Source of the DNA: Epiperipatus broadwayi
Lineage: Eukaryota; Animalia; Onychophora
DNA: 64,000 bases
Assembly: GCA_028023455.1 (NCBI GenBank)
Contig: JAQFVV010000005.1
Span: 21,886,001-21,950,000, forward strand
Reading direction: 5' to 3'
Of the stretch, positions 38,683 through 51,450 are shown piece after piece. A program made the position numbers and the translations under genes. Each line of letters opens with the position of its first letter. Position 1 is the stretch's first letter. The notes beneath the pieces were generated by a model. That model searched no databases and had not been told where the DNA came from. It worked only from the letters and a program-made list of their open reading frames with translations.

Positions 38683-41411
38683 ATTTTTATTAATTTTCAT
38701 ATACACGATAATAAAGAACATTTTCTACTAACTCTAACTCCTGGCAGTGATAATAATAATGACTTTAATTTAATGAAACTATTAACATTTCCTGATATAA
38801 ATTTATTAATGGCGTTAGCAGAATGATAATAGTTTTAAAAAGAAAAGAATATAGTGCAGAATAATTTTAGGAAAAGTTTATCTACTAATTGTAATTTCAT
38901 CTAAGTAATAATTAATAATTATTAACATGTCAAATACAGATTATTCAGGAGGAGAATTTAGAACTTTATAATTCTACTACCAACATTATTGGAATTATTA
39001 ACATGTTAAATGAGAATGATTTGGAAAACTTCAAAACTTTTTAATTCTACAGTAAAGATTTTAATGCTGAAAGGAAACATTTAAAATTTAATAAATTGCA
39101 TTATTAAATATTTAAATACATATTTGTTAAATGTAAAAAAATTTTATCAATGATATAAGAAGTATGAACTTTTAATATAAGAACGTATTAGTATTATTGA
39201 TAATTAACATTTATTTTGATTTACTTCATGTTTTTCATATATACTAAAGAATGTAGAAAGGGCATAAGAAAGAGAAGGGGAGAAAAAAAATTTTTGTATA
39301 ACAATCAGTGGTCGTCATAGCAACAATGCTTCCTCTTGGAAAATATTTTATTTGGTGTAAAGAATTGAAGAAAGCTTTTGGTTTTATTATTTTAATATAT
39401 GAACTACAGTTTTTAAAATAATAATAATTATTCACAATTATTTATTTATATATTATTAGTTTAGATTTAAATATTTTTAGAATTTTTGGGTATAAATATA
39501 AAAAAAAGAAAATTATTTTTTTCTTCATTCTGGATTTTGATTCTGTAATGGCAAAAAGTTATATCAACCAATGTGTCATTGATAATAATCATAAAAATTA
39601 TTATTATTAAGGTACTTTAATTTATTATTGTTTAGTATAAAATATTGGTATTAGATTATTTGAACCAGAAATCAGGTAAAATAAATATGTATAATTTTTA
39701 TTGTGTATATTCATGTAAAAGTAAATGATAGAGGGGTGAATATATTTATTACAATCTGAATATGATTATAGAAGTATGCATAATTGATCTCTGAATAAGT
39801 TAAAAGTAACTAACTTAGTATATTTATGACAAATTGTATATCATAAACTATTTGTTTTATTTTAATCTTCTTGGTATGTTCAAAATATGAAATGTTAAGA
39901 ATAAGTTTGGATATTATTTAAAGAAAGAATGAATAATATTAATTTATGATGTTTACAATTTATACAGAGTGTTGAGAAAAATGTATTGGTTCTGGAAAGT
40001 AGTCTCATTGGGAAATCCTGTAGTAGTAGGGATGTGTTATTAATGTTAAGTATTATAATCAAAGTAAGTTAGAATATTTGTGATACATGAATAGTAGCAT
40101 TTTTTGAAAATCTTTAAGAACTTAAAAGAGAAGCCAAAATAGAAATTAAGATAGACACAAGAAAATGTGGCCTTAAGATATGTAATCCATGATATTGATT
40201 ATAGTTTTATAAGGTATCCATCCCACACTTATAATCATGAAAATCACACTGGCATATACATCGTATTAAGGAATCGTATATTTGAACAATGATAATAGCT
40301 AAACTTTCAAATGATGACAAGATAATTCTAATGATGCAAGAAGAGTTAAATGTGGAACAAATAAAATGTTGAAAAAATGTAAAATTAAAGATTTTATGAA
40401 TGTCATTTTATATTAAATTTTAGAGATCATATTACAGAGTGAATGTTGGAATTATAAGAGATGTGATGATTAAAAGAAAACTTGATAATGATTTATATTG
40501 TACTGTCAACAATATAATAACATACCATATAATTGAATGTTTATTTTACAATTAATAATAAACATATAAAATCATAACAAGTTATAGAATTATAATTATA
40601 TCCTAATATTATAGAAAATTAAAGATAAATAATGGCGATAAAAGAAATATATTTAAAGATATTTAGAGTGATAATATATAAGTTGATGATGTTATTGATA
40701 TTTTTTAAAGGAAATATTAAGGAGTATCTTAATATTCACAAAGTTAAGAGTGAAAGATACTATATACTAGTTTATTTTAAAGTGAAGTGCAAATTATTTA
40801 CTTCTTATAACTATTTTTTTTTTGAATATTAATTTTACGTTTTGCATAATATGTTAATTTTTTTTTTTTTTTAAGTAAATATAATATTTGTAATTTTTTC
40901 TTAAATTTTGTACTACTGTTGTAATAAAATGTTAAAAAGTGCTGAGAGACTCTTTTCTTGTTATTTCCGAATCATTATACATCAGCCTAATTACACATAT
41001 ATTGTAATAATTAGAGATACTGGATATTATGGCACATAATCTAAATAAGACAAGAAATAAAAAAATATTGTGATTGTTAAAGATATTTGATGTTGAATTT
41101 ATACTGATTTGTTGTAAATCAAAAGATTTTGCATATATTAGTTTGTATAGAAATTGTGGACTTAATCAGTGTAGTTAATAGCTTCACACTCTCAAATCAA
41201 AATGCTTTAGATTCACCTATATATTTAGAAATTAGATCGAAGATAAGAGTGGCTGCTCTTGTCTTTTAAAGTCATTAATCTTGTGTTTAGATTTGTAGAG
41301 GTCCCTACTGTCACATTTTAGGTGCATAGTCTTAAGGGTATAGCCTTAATATATATTACTTACATAATGACTATGCGCTTTATGAATTTTTAATTATAGT
41401 ATTAAGTAATG

Positions 41412-41935
41412 AGACATTTATTTTATATAGTATGATGTTTATGAATTGTAATAAACTAAAGATCAGCTTTTCAAGCTAATTCACATGTACTTTATGAATC
41501 TTAATAATAAATGAATACTTTCACTTCCAACACAAGATAAAGTCTTTGTGAAAGAATAAAATGAATCCACCTATTCTTTCAACCCAAATGCTTAAGCATG
41601 GGAAAATCTTAAGCACTGGAAATGAAAGCGTGAAGATAAACCAATCACTTTAAATTACTTTTTACTATGTCTGAATAAATGACACCTGTGAAATTTTCTA
41701 GAATTTATGATACATCATTCTTAAATGAAACTAAACATATGTAAATGAGACATTTATTTTATACAGCGCGATGTTTGCTTAAGATTTGCCCATACTTAAG
41801 CATTTTGATTGAAAGAATAGGTGGATTCATTCTATTCTTTCACAAAGACTTTATCTTGTGCTGGAAGTGAAAGTATTCATTTATTATTAAGATTCATAAA
41901 GCGCATGTGAATTAGCTTGAAAAGTTGATCTTTAA
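41412..41935. mobile_element. Palindromic insertion with about 155-bp arms
   Basis: Arms 41457-41614 and 41776-41934. Direct repeat tattaagtaatg at 41400-41411 and 41936-41947. Internal direct repeat atgagacatttattttata near 41409 and 41745. Confidence 0.85.
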
Positions 41936-42610
41936 TATTAAGTAATGTAATTTTTTTTTATCTTACTTGAGGATTATAATGAAGACTGATAACCAATATG
42001 TGATATAAAAATAAAATGATTAGATTATAATACATGGTGATAAAAAATTATTATAAATTTGTTTATGATAGTTAATAATGATCATTATTAATTCATAATT
42101 TTAATTAGTTTTAGTCAAATTTTATAAGAAAAGTAATTAATGATTTTGAAAGTGAAGAAATGATGATTATATTTCTTTCTTAATTATTATTTTTAAATGT
42201 AGCTAGATGTACATAAAATCCCTCTTTATATTTAATTGTGTAAATCAATTTATTTATTTTAAGAGGCAATAATAATTACCTGAGATGTTGATTGAGTTAT
42301 GAAATGTTAGTAATGGAGAGATATAATTATTCTAATAGAGAAATGAATATTATATTGAGTCAGAATTTAATTTACCTTTAGGAAATTTTTATGCGAGATA
42401 TAGTTTGTTTAGTTTAATGGTGAGTCATGGGAGTATCATTAATATTTTAGTAGAGTAGTGTTTGATGATATTCTTATGCCATGTGAGGATATACTTTTTT
42501 GTATATGCTTAATGTTAAAAAAGGAGTACCTTACTGGATGATTTAAATATCAAGTCTCATGATTAGTAATATTTTATTATTAAATAATTTATTCAAACTA
42601 ATATAATATA

Positions 42611-42847
42611 TATTAAGGCAATAGCCTTAAGACTATGCACCTAGATGCGACAGTAGGGACCTTTACAAATCTTAACACAAGATTAATGACTTTAAAAGAC
42701 AAGAACAGCTCTTGTCTTTTAAAGTCATTAATCTTGTGTTAAGATTTGTAGAGGTCCCTACTGTTGCATCTAGGCGCATAATCTTAAGGTTATAGCTTAA
42801 TATATATTACTTATGTAATGAGTATGTGCTTAACAAATTATTAATTA
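42611..42847. mobile_element. Near-perfect palindrome (about 95-bp arms, 5-nt loop); single-arm relative at 41256-41390
   Basis: Axis gacaaga-acagc-tcttgtc near 42700. Flanking repeat aaactaat(a/g)taatata at 42595-42610 and 42848-42863 (15/16 match). Confidence 0.88.
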
Positions 42848-43319
42848 AAACTAATGTAATATATTAGATATGAAATAAATAGATGTGTATTACTAGAATT
42901 TTATGTATAGAAAAAAAATTTAACTTGGCTGACCCAAGAGTTTAATGAATGTTATTTCCATGGTCACCCGAGGCAGGGTACAATATATATATATAATTTA
43001 TGGTGCTGAATATTTTTATGGAATGTGTTGAAATTAACACTCATAAACTGTATAAGTAATTGAAATATCTAACGATTTTTTTCTTCCTTTCTCAGAATCC
43101 TGAAGAAGTGGTCAAAAATTTACATGTTCTCTCATCCTCTCCTCCTCTTCTGCATTTCTCTTTGTATTCCTTTCTATCTCACTTTCTCGTTTTTTATTTT
43201 GCAATTTTTTTATTATATATATATATAGTTTTTAGATATACTTAAACCTTCCATTGCATTCTAAAAAAGCATATAAACAAAATAAATATTTGGATGGATT
43301 TATTGCATAGGAGTTCATA

Positions 43320-43516
43320 TTTGGGTACTTGTGGAGGAGGTGCACGATGGCTGCTAGCTTGTGGAAGGTTCCTGTGCATACGCATGGTGAACAGCGCCAC
43401 CTAGCGGCTGAAAAAAGCATTTCTGCTTTCAGGGCCCCTACCCTGTATGTTCTGTGTGCAAACACAGAAACAGCGCCTCTAGCGGCCATCGTACAACTCC
43501 TCCACAAGTACCGAAA
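43320..43516. mobile_element. MITE with 38-bp TIRs whose interior is homologous to one arm of the 31770 element
   Basis: TIRs 43320-43357 and 43479-43516. Interior ggttcctgtg...gaacagcgccacctagcggctg...ggcccctac...gaaacagcgcctct matches 32061-32171. Confidence 0.85.
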
Positions 43517-43744
43517 TTTGAATGCCAAAAGTGTCAGAACTCAAATCAATCAAGAATCTTAAACTCCAGAATCTAACATTAATGACTTCCAAAATGCATT
43601 TTATGCTCTACCAATATCTAGCTAATGGCATAGAAATGATATGATTATCTCTAACCTAATAAATAATCTGAGGTGAATGATGCCAAGGATATGAGTACAG
43701 AAAGTTTGATATTTAAAAATCAAATTGCAATTATATATAAATAT

Positions 43745-44220
43745 ATGTATATTGTCTATACTAAACTTAATGTAATTATAAGGGACTTCAACTCGAACTT
43801 TCAAGCTCCCTGCATCTACCCAATCTATCTTATACAACTGATACACATGACCACATATATGTGAAAAAGATAAATGATCTCCAATATATACATTTCATGT
43901 TGAACCAGCATTCATCAATTTGTCCAGATCACCATCTCTCATACATATATATAATCAGTGCTCAGTTTATATTAAGATAGCAAATCTTTAAACTTTAACA
44001 GACAAGCTTCAATCTTCTCCAATCTCTAACTCTTCAGCATCAATTTCATTGAAAATCCAAGGATGGAATGCTCAAAACCTCTGTTGATGCTAATATTATT
44101 GTCATACCCATGTTGACCTTAAGTCAATCTAACCCCCACACAAAGGGCTTTAATATATCCATTTAATTACACAGAATAGGGATGGATAAAATACAGGCTG
44201 AATATGTAATATATATAATA
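43745..44220 (-). mobile_element. Family A solo copy with degenerate hammerhead (43881-43923)
   Basis: Colinear with 21350-21760 and 27415-27830. Core reads UUGAUGA...GAAA. Confidence 0.85.
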
Positions 44221-44955
44221 ACGGTAATATATATATAACATGAAAAGGAAAATAAAATTGCTCATAATTAAGATAGATGAATGAAATAATAGGTACCATG
44301 AAAGTACACCTGCAAAAACGCTATTATATCATAAAACAAAAGAGATTAGGGAATTTTTGTGCATTAAATTAGCAAGAATGATACTTGATGTGACAAACCT
44401 AAAAAAAAACAACTTAAGATTAAAGCTACAACCTAAAGCTATATTACACTGTTGGAACATATACTGTACAACAAAAGACAAATAGAAATTATTTGTTTCT
44501 ATATTACTCTCCTTTAAAAAAAAAAAAATGAACAAAGATATTAAAAAAGAGCATATGATTTTTTAAGATGGATTTCTATTCAAATTGCCTCATCAGTTGA
44601 CCCAAATCATCAAACCTTCTCAAATGTCTCATCTTTGTTTATTATTTAATCACTGTATTTTGTTATGACTGATTCTTGTATATCTGTATTTGATGAATCC
44701 CATCTTTTTAGATAAATATATAAATATTATTAATAATTATATATTAGAATAGAGCTATTATTTTTTTTAGCCCAGCTATAGATTTTAAATTCAGTATGTC
44801 TATTATTATAATCTTCGATCATATTTGTTATTATTTGAACTTTCTCTTTTCACATTTGTGCGCTATCAAGCATATTAAACCAAAGATGCCAATATTAAAT
44901 TCTCAATAATATAATTGGTGAGGGATTTGATTATTAAAAATATATATCTGGAAAT

Positions 44956-46067
44956 CTTTCTGCTAAATATTACTCTCCTTCAAACAAACGAGTAAAGACG
45001 TCAAAAAATGCAAAATGATTCCCAAGATGCATTTCTGTTAAACTAGGTTTATCACTTCGCCCAGCCAATCAAATCCTCTGAAAATATCTTCAATCTTATT
45101 CGTTATTTATTCAAAATATTTTATTATGATTTAATCAATAAATGTGTGCACAACCTTAATGACGATTTACCATCTTTTTAGATAAATATATCAAAATTAT
45201 TAACTATTACTTAGACTAGAAATTGTATAATTATAGTATAATTAGAGATTTTAAACTCATTTAAAAATCAACGTGTCTATTATTATTATGATTTGGTACA
45301 ACAATAAAGTGGCAGACTATGGACTTCAAAATTGGATTTTCAGTATTTAAACTTCTTATGAACATCTGACTAATAATCCATCCAATTATTATTGTTGTTG
45401 TTGCTATTGCAGCTGCTGTTATTATTGTTGTTGTTATTGTTCCTGTTATTGTTATTACTATTATTGTTATTAATATTATTATTGTTATTGTAGTTGCTAC
45501 TGTTGTTATTTTTATTGTTGTTATTATTGTTATTGTTGTTATTGTTATAATTGTTGCTGTTGTTGTACTGCTATTGTTATTATTGTTGTTGTTATTATTA
45601 AAGTTACCATTGTTGTTGTTATTGTTATTATTATTGTTGTTGTTATTTTTCTTGTTATTGTTGTTGTTATTTTTCTTGTTATTAACTCTAATCATGCATG
45701 ACTTTATAATTTAGCTTTCTCTTTTCACACATGTATATTATTAAATGTATGCATACGAATTTTGTTATTATTATTAGTGTTATCACTGTTGCTATTATAA
45801 TTATAATTAATTCCAATTGTGCATGACATTATTTTAATTTTAATTTTTCACACATGAATATACTATATACATTCAAAGAACTTCTGTTAAATATAACTTT
45901 TCTTCAAACTAATGAATAAAGGCACCCCAAAATGGCTAATGATTTGAAGGTTTGATCATCTGAGTCAAATGACGGTGCTGAATCAGAGAAAAAGTACTTT
46001 GGGAATCATTTCCTTTTTCTGATATTTTTATTCATTTGTTTGAAGGAAAGTAATATTTAACAGAAGA
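44956..46067. repeat. Diverged 70-bp inverted repeat pair flanking the microsatellite (44956-45025 and 45999-46067)
   Basis: ttgggaatcatt...tgtttgaagga(g/a)agtaatattta appears on opposite strands. Confidence 0.7.
45387..45683. repeat. Compound (TTG/TTA)n microsatellite
   Basis: Direct reading. Explains the poly-Asn/Thr/Ile ORF at 45261-45695. Confidence 0.95.
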
Positions 46068-46573
46068 CATGGATGAAAAAAAGAGAAAATTGAAATAAAT
46101 CCCATGCAAGGAGTATAATGATTTTTAACTGAATTTAAAGTCTATAATTGGGATAATAATAATATACCAATCTTTAGCCTAATAAATAATTATTAATAAC
46201 TTTGGTATATAAAATAAATAATCAAATGCATTACCGCAGCGCAGGAGTTCATAAAAAGTTGAGCACTGAAGTGTTAGAGCAGAGCCGAAATGCAAAACTG
46301 TGAATTTCAGAATATGCCACTCTATCACTGCGCCAAATCATTTAAAAAATGGTGATGAATCAAAAATTTACAATAACTGTCCACTTTTATTTGTATTTTA
46401 TTTGGAAATTTAAACATTTCCTTAACCTGTAAAAAGATTAAATAATCTGTGTATTATCTTATTTACTAATCAAGTTACTGTAAATGTGTTAACATTTAAT
46501 GGAATTTGTTTCAATTAAAACTATTATTTCAAAGTGAGAAGAATTAAAAACAAAATATATCATCATGCAGTAC

Positions 46574-46867
46574 CTGTAAAGAAGATCCAACAATCAAAAG
46601 GGCATCACATGAGTCGACTTTAGTGAACATTTTATTTACTCGGTCCATTGGAACATTTTCTCCAAAAAAAATAATATTCGGTTTTAGAATTCCTCCACAT
46701 TTCTCACAAAATGCCATTTGAAAATTTTTCACCTGATCGTCTGTTAAAAAAACGTCCCCATCTGGTCTGATGTCCAAACTCTCAGCATGCCAGTCAGGGT
46801 TCAATGTTTTTAAAACTGCCTGTAAATTTATTCGTGAAATTGTGTGACCACATGATAAACAAATCAC
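46574..46867 (-). CDS. SIRT4: Sirtuin 4, second coding exon
   Basis: tttcag acceptor, phase 0. Encodes VICLSCG...RPDGDV...CEKCGGILKPNIIFFGENV...LLIVGSSLQ, including both zinc-binding CxxC pairs. GT donor at 46573. Confidence 0.96.
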
Positions 46868-46914
46868 CTGAAATTAAAAAAATCTGTCATGAGTCATATG
46901 TACAAATGCTTATA

Positions 46915-47560
46915 TAGTAATGATGCTAACCTTATTTACTTATACCTGTGGAAATTTTCTGCTATTTCAAATGGCAATGTTTGATGAAAACCAACTAACT
47001 TCTTTCTAGACATGTTTTTGCCAATCAAACCTGACATCATCAATAGCACAGGAAATCGTGAGACTCCAATAAACATAGCCAACAAATCTCTATTAAATAT
47101 GCATAAAAAGTTCAACATGATCTTAAAACTCATATGCAAACTTTAATAGCAATTTAATTAAGTCTTTCACATTAGTTTAATATTATTAAACAATATGAGA
47201 CCTTTTCATTTTAATTAATCTTTGATTTTTAAGTAATCATTTAAATATGTAATTAATTAATTAAATACTGCATAAATATGTAATAATGCTAATGTTATTT
47301 ACCTATATCCTCTATAGAAATTTTCTGTGTTTCAAGCAGCAAGTTTGATGAAAAATGAACTTCTCATTTGATATATGTTTCTATCAAATCTTGTAGTTTG
47401 GGGAATCAATTGGGACTCCTTTAATATAGCCACCCAGTCTCTATTAAACATGTTTTCAAAGTTCAATATGATCTTAAAGCTCAAATGCAAATTTTAGAAA
47501 CAATTTGAATAAAATCCTTCATATCAGCTTAATGTTATTAAACATGGCAGAATCTTTAAA
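46915..47560. repeat. Old diverged tandem duplication (unit about 365 bp) next to the SIRT4 exon 2 acceptor
   Basis: Shared blocks atgctaa...ttattta, gaaattttctg, tttgatgaaaa, tctctattaaa, gttcaa.atgatcttaaa.ctca.atgcaaa in both units. Confidence 0.75.
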
Positions 47561-47859
47561 CAAAGTCATTATAAATGTGTGTGCATGTATGTGTGTAATA
47601 AATTGATTAATGTGTCTAATAAATATCTGTAACCTATCAAATCTTTCAGATTTATAACATACTTCTCCAAAAGTTGATTTAAAGTTTTGAACTCTCACTC
47701 AATGCAAATCTCTCATTGCACATGCATTTCATGTAAAAGTTTCATTTATCAGATGGATTAGTAGTTTGAGCATTTGAAAGTCTGCTCAGAAAGTTAGACA
47801 CACTTCTCTGCTTATGTCTGAATTACTACCAATTTAATATGAATCTTGAATCATTTAGA

Positions 47860-48310
47860 AATCTTTTATATACATATATGGTACTAAACTCATCATCTGA
47901 GACTTGGACACTTAATAAAAGAGCAATACAGAGACTTCAGACCACTAAAAGAAATATGGACAGATGCATGTTAGGAGTAACGAAGAGATTAAAAACGCAA
48001 TATATGGGTAAGAGAACAAACAGGTGTTATTGATCTCATTGAAAAAATTAAAAGACTGAAGTGGAGTTGAGCTGGACATATTTGTAGAAGAGATGATAAT
48101 AAATGACCAATTTAAATATAAACTGGATTCCAAGAGATTGTAAAAGACCCAGAAATAGACCACATGTGAGATGGATGGATGAAATAAGAAAGTGTGAAGG
48201 GGTGGTGTGGAGAAGAGAAGCTAAAGATCGGAGAAGATAGTTTGAACATGGAAAGACCTTCATCCTGTAGTAAATTGATAATGTTTGATGATAATGATGA
48301 TGATATTGTA
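47860..48310 (+). mobile_element. RTE-clade LINE 3' fragment
   Basis: Frameshifted SETWTLNK...LQTTKRNMDRCMLG...LKWSWAGHICRR...WIPR...RPRNRPHVRWMDEI, ending in a (TGA)n-like tail. Confidence 0.85.
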
Positions 48311-49399
48311 ATGGTATGAATGGGACAAGTGTATATATAATTCCCAAAGAACCGAGACTCTATTAAATACTAATTAAATCCAAATTTATGTCATGAATGA
48401 TCCTGATAACCTGGTTCCTTAAGTCTCTAATCTATACCACTACAAGTTTATATTGGATATAAAATAATAAGAATGCTAGTTCTGATATATATTTGATAAG
48501 ATTTTATAAGAAAATATTCTAGCATTTATTTGAACCAAAATATATGTACAAAGAATAATGCTATCTGAATTATACACCTACATATAATTATTTATATCCC
48601 TTAACTAATTAAAATAAATTCATAATTTAATAATGATTTATTTATAATAAATAATAATTAATAAATGCACATGATAAAAAAATAATTAAATAAACCTAAT
48701 ATATATAATGCTGGTCTAATGGATAAAACTATTCATGATATAAGACAGAAGATATAATTTGGGAATCGGAGGAAAGTGTAGTTACTTTCACTAGTTAAAT
48801 ATACAAAGTTTATTAAGTCTTAGAACTTATTCAGATTTGAAATGATAGATAATATGAAACCCAAATAAGTTATCTTAAATATAAAATTAGTGTTTAATGG
48901 TAATTTCGACTAATTTTCATGATTTTTCTTTGATTACATATATATCTAAAAAATTTGTTGTAACTAAACATATTTATATTAAGTATTGAATAAATAGATA
49001 ATAGAATTTGAAATGGAGTTATAATTGATGAAATAATGAAATACACAATGACCATATATTCATGAACATTTTAAAATCCAATGCATAGTAAGTTATCCTA
49101 GATTCATGAAAGGATAAATTCCAGATACTATTCAGAATTCCTTTCTAATAAATCACTATATGATTTATTATCAGTGTTTATTGTTTTAATCCAATCAAGC
49201 TATTTTTCATAACTGAATCTTAACTCGGATTTAAACTTGCTGTTCAAAGCAGATGTTAATTTCCTTTTTAACTTTTTATCTTTAGGTTTTTTTTTAACAC
49301 ATAAGTTTTGAATAAATACATTTTTCAGTCTAGAACCATCAGAATGCTAAACAAAGCCAACACACCTGAATGAATTTTCTCAGAGACCTATATTCTGTT

Positions 49400-51450
49400 C
49401 CATAAAATAGGCCTTCTGACCCTACCATCAGTCCATGCCTGGTCAGCCCTTATGGGGGTGCTGAGTGGTCTAATCAACACCTTTACTGCACACACCAAGG
49501 ATCCGATCAGGCTACTCAAGGAATTGGACACAATAGGCAACCAGGTTGCTCAGCTCTCAGCCACAGGAGCTAGTGTCATGGAGATCATGAGTCTAAAAGG
49601 TCAATATAGAGAAAGACAGAGGGTGCTAATATAATACATAGCAGTAAAGAGGGGCAAAGTTTATCTGGCAGTGCAGCATAACTGGACACAAAGTTATCAC
49701 CAATGGGCAATTGGTGCCAGGAAAAAACCCACGCCCTCCATGATCATGATATCAAAATTTACATGCATTTTAAGGATAAGCTGCAATGTGAAGCATAGGA
49801 ACTTCTGGTGGGATGAAGAGGAAGTGGGTGACAATGGAATATTGCATGGTCTCATCATGCAGAAGCTGTTGGATTACCCTGAAAAAACACATCCTGGCCT
49901 ACATGGGATCCCAAGGTTTGACTTGGTCCACCAATGCAGGTTCACTGCACCTGTGGTACAGGAGCTAATAGGTGTACTGGCAGGGAAGTACCAGCTTCAT
50001 CCCTGACCTATATCCGATTGCCCTTGTGCCCTTCTGCAAAAAACAATCAAACCTGCCTAATTTTGCACGAATCAATAATAAAAGACAAGATTCAGCAGCA
50101 GCTGCTCGAAAAGATTTCCAGGCATCAATTTGCCTGCAAAGATCATTCCACTGGAGATGCTGTCCACAAGTTTATGGTAACACTTGATTACATCAGGGAG
50201 AAAAAAATCATTACCAGTGGTTGTCCAGTTGGACTTTGCAATGGCCTTTGACTCCATGGTTCCAGTTCAACTCTTCACAATCCTCAGGTGCTATGGAATT
50301 CCGTTGGTCTATATTAACATCATCACTAATTTGCTGCTCAACAGGTATATATATATGTATCTTTAGATGGCTCTCTTGCCCATGGATTCCAGCCACACAT
50401 CTCCACCCTGTGCTTCATAACATATATTGACCCCTTCTTGAAAGAAGTATAGAAAAGGCTGCCTGGATTATTTGTCCCAACACTGGGGGAGGTGATTGAC
50501 CATATATCATATGTAGGTGATGTAACCATCATCCTCCCATCTGTGAAGCATCTTCCCCAGCTATACTTGATACTAGAACAGTGTGCCATCAAGTACCACC
50601 TGAAAGTGAATCCAGCAAAAACAGCAATTTGGAAGGCCTGTAGTGGCAAAATCATTACATCTAACTCCACAGGTGCACCCCAAAATTTTCTGGGGTTGCC
50701 AGTGGCAATGTCATGGTCAGCAATGAGATATGAGATAGAATCCATGTTACTAGAAAGGACCAGCAAGGTGGACAGCACCTTATCCTCAATCTGCCTGTCA
50801 CTTCCCAGCAAGGTGACACTGTTGAATATGCTAGTCTTCCCTAGAATTGCATATTATCTACTGTTTATCAGGTCAACCAATACCTTCCAGAATAAAATAG
50901 GGTCACAGTGTACAAAAGTATTATGGAAATCATCACCTCATAGAATTGTTTGTATAAGCCTCAACAGAATGAGAAAACCCTATTCAAGCAGAGGATGATA
51001 GCTATTCTGAGGGTAGCTAAAGATCTGGAGGGTAGTAACCAACACTCCTCTTCAGTTGAACCCACTGACACCCCACTGCCTAATAAGAACAGATGGTTAA
51101 CAGAAATGGAGGATCACGTGATGGGGCTCATATCTGCCAAAGATCTTTTTGATAGAAAGATTAAGTACTGGGAAGGTCAGGATGCTCTCAGACACTGGAC
51201 ATCAGTAGGGCACTGAGAACTGAGGAATTTGCTATAATCTGAATGGCAATCATGATTCTCTTTGCAAAGTGGCAGACCAGGTGTTTTTTGAGACAACTTG
51301 GCAAACCCATGGCAAGTCTTCAAGAAACACCTTTGCAGTCTGAAAACCAGAGATTATCTTATAACATCCCATAGACTGTATGCAGACACATGGGAACAGA
51401 ACACTTTGGATGAGCCGACAATCAACTCTTAAACTGACATCTAAGTTATA
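49400..51450 (+). mobile_element. Decayed non-LTR retrotransposon ORF2, related to the 23.3-25.6 kb element
   Basis: QLDFAMAFDSM, LLNR, YVGD and FLGLP motifs colinear with the minus-strand copy. Multiple frameshifts and higher GC than the flanks. Confidence 0.85.

Noticed and set aside
39244-39435. 63-aa ORF with a protein-like middle segment
   Set aside because: No usable splice sites or confident family match.
44268-44309. Acceptor followed by VY..., considered as the SIRT4 last exon
   Set aside because: It stops after 13 codons and lacks the NIG motif. The true exon is at 30342-30500.
45261-45695. 144-aa poly-Asn/Thr/Ile ORF
   Set aside because: It is the translation of a trinucleotide microsatellite with no stops in that frame. 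No splice or homology support.
46231-46340. CpG-containing segment considered as a snoRNA
   Set aside because: No properly placed C/D or H/ACA boxes with terminal stems could be identified.
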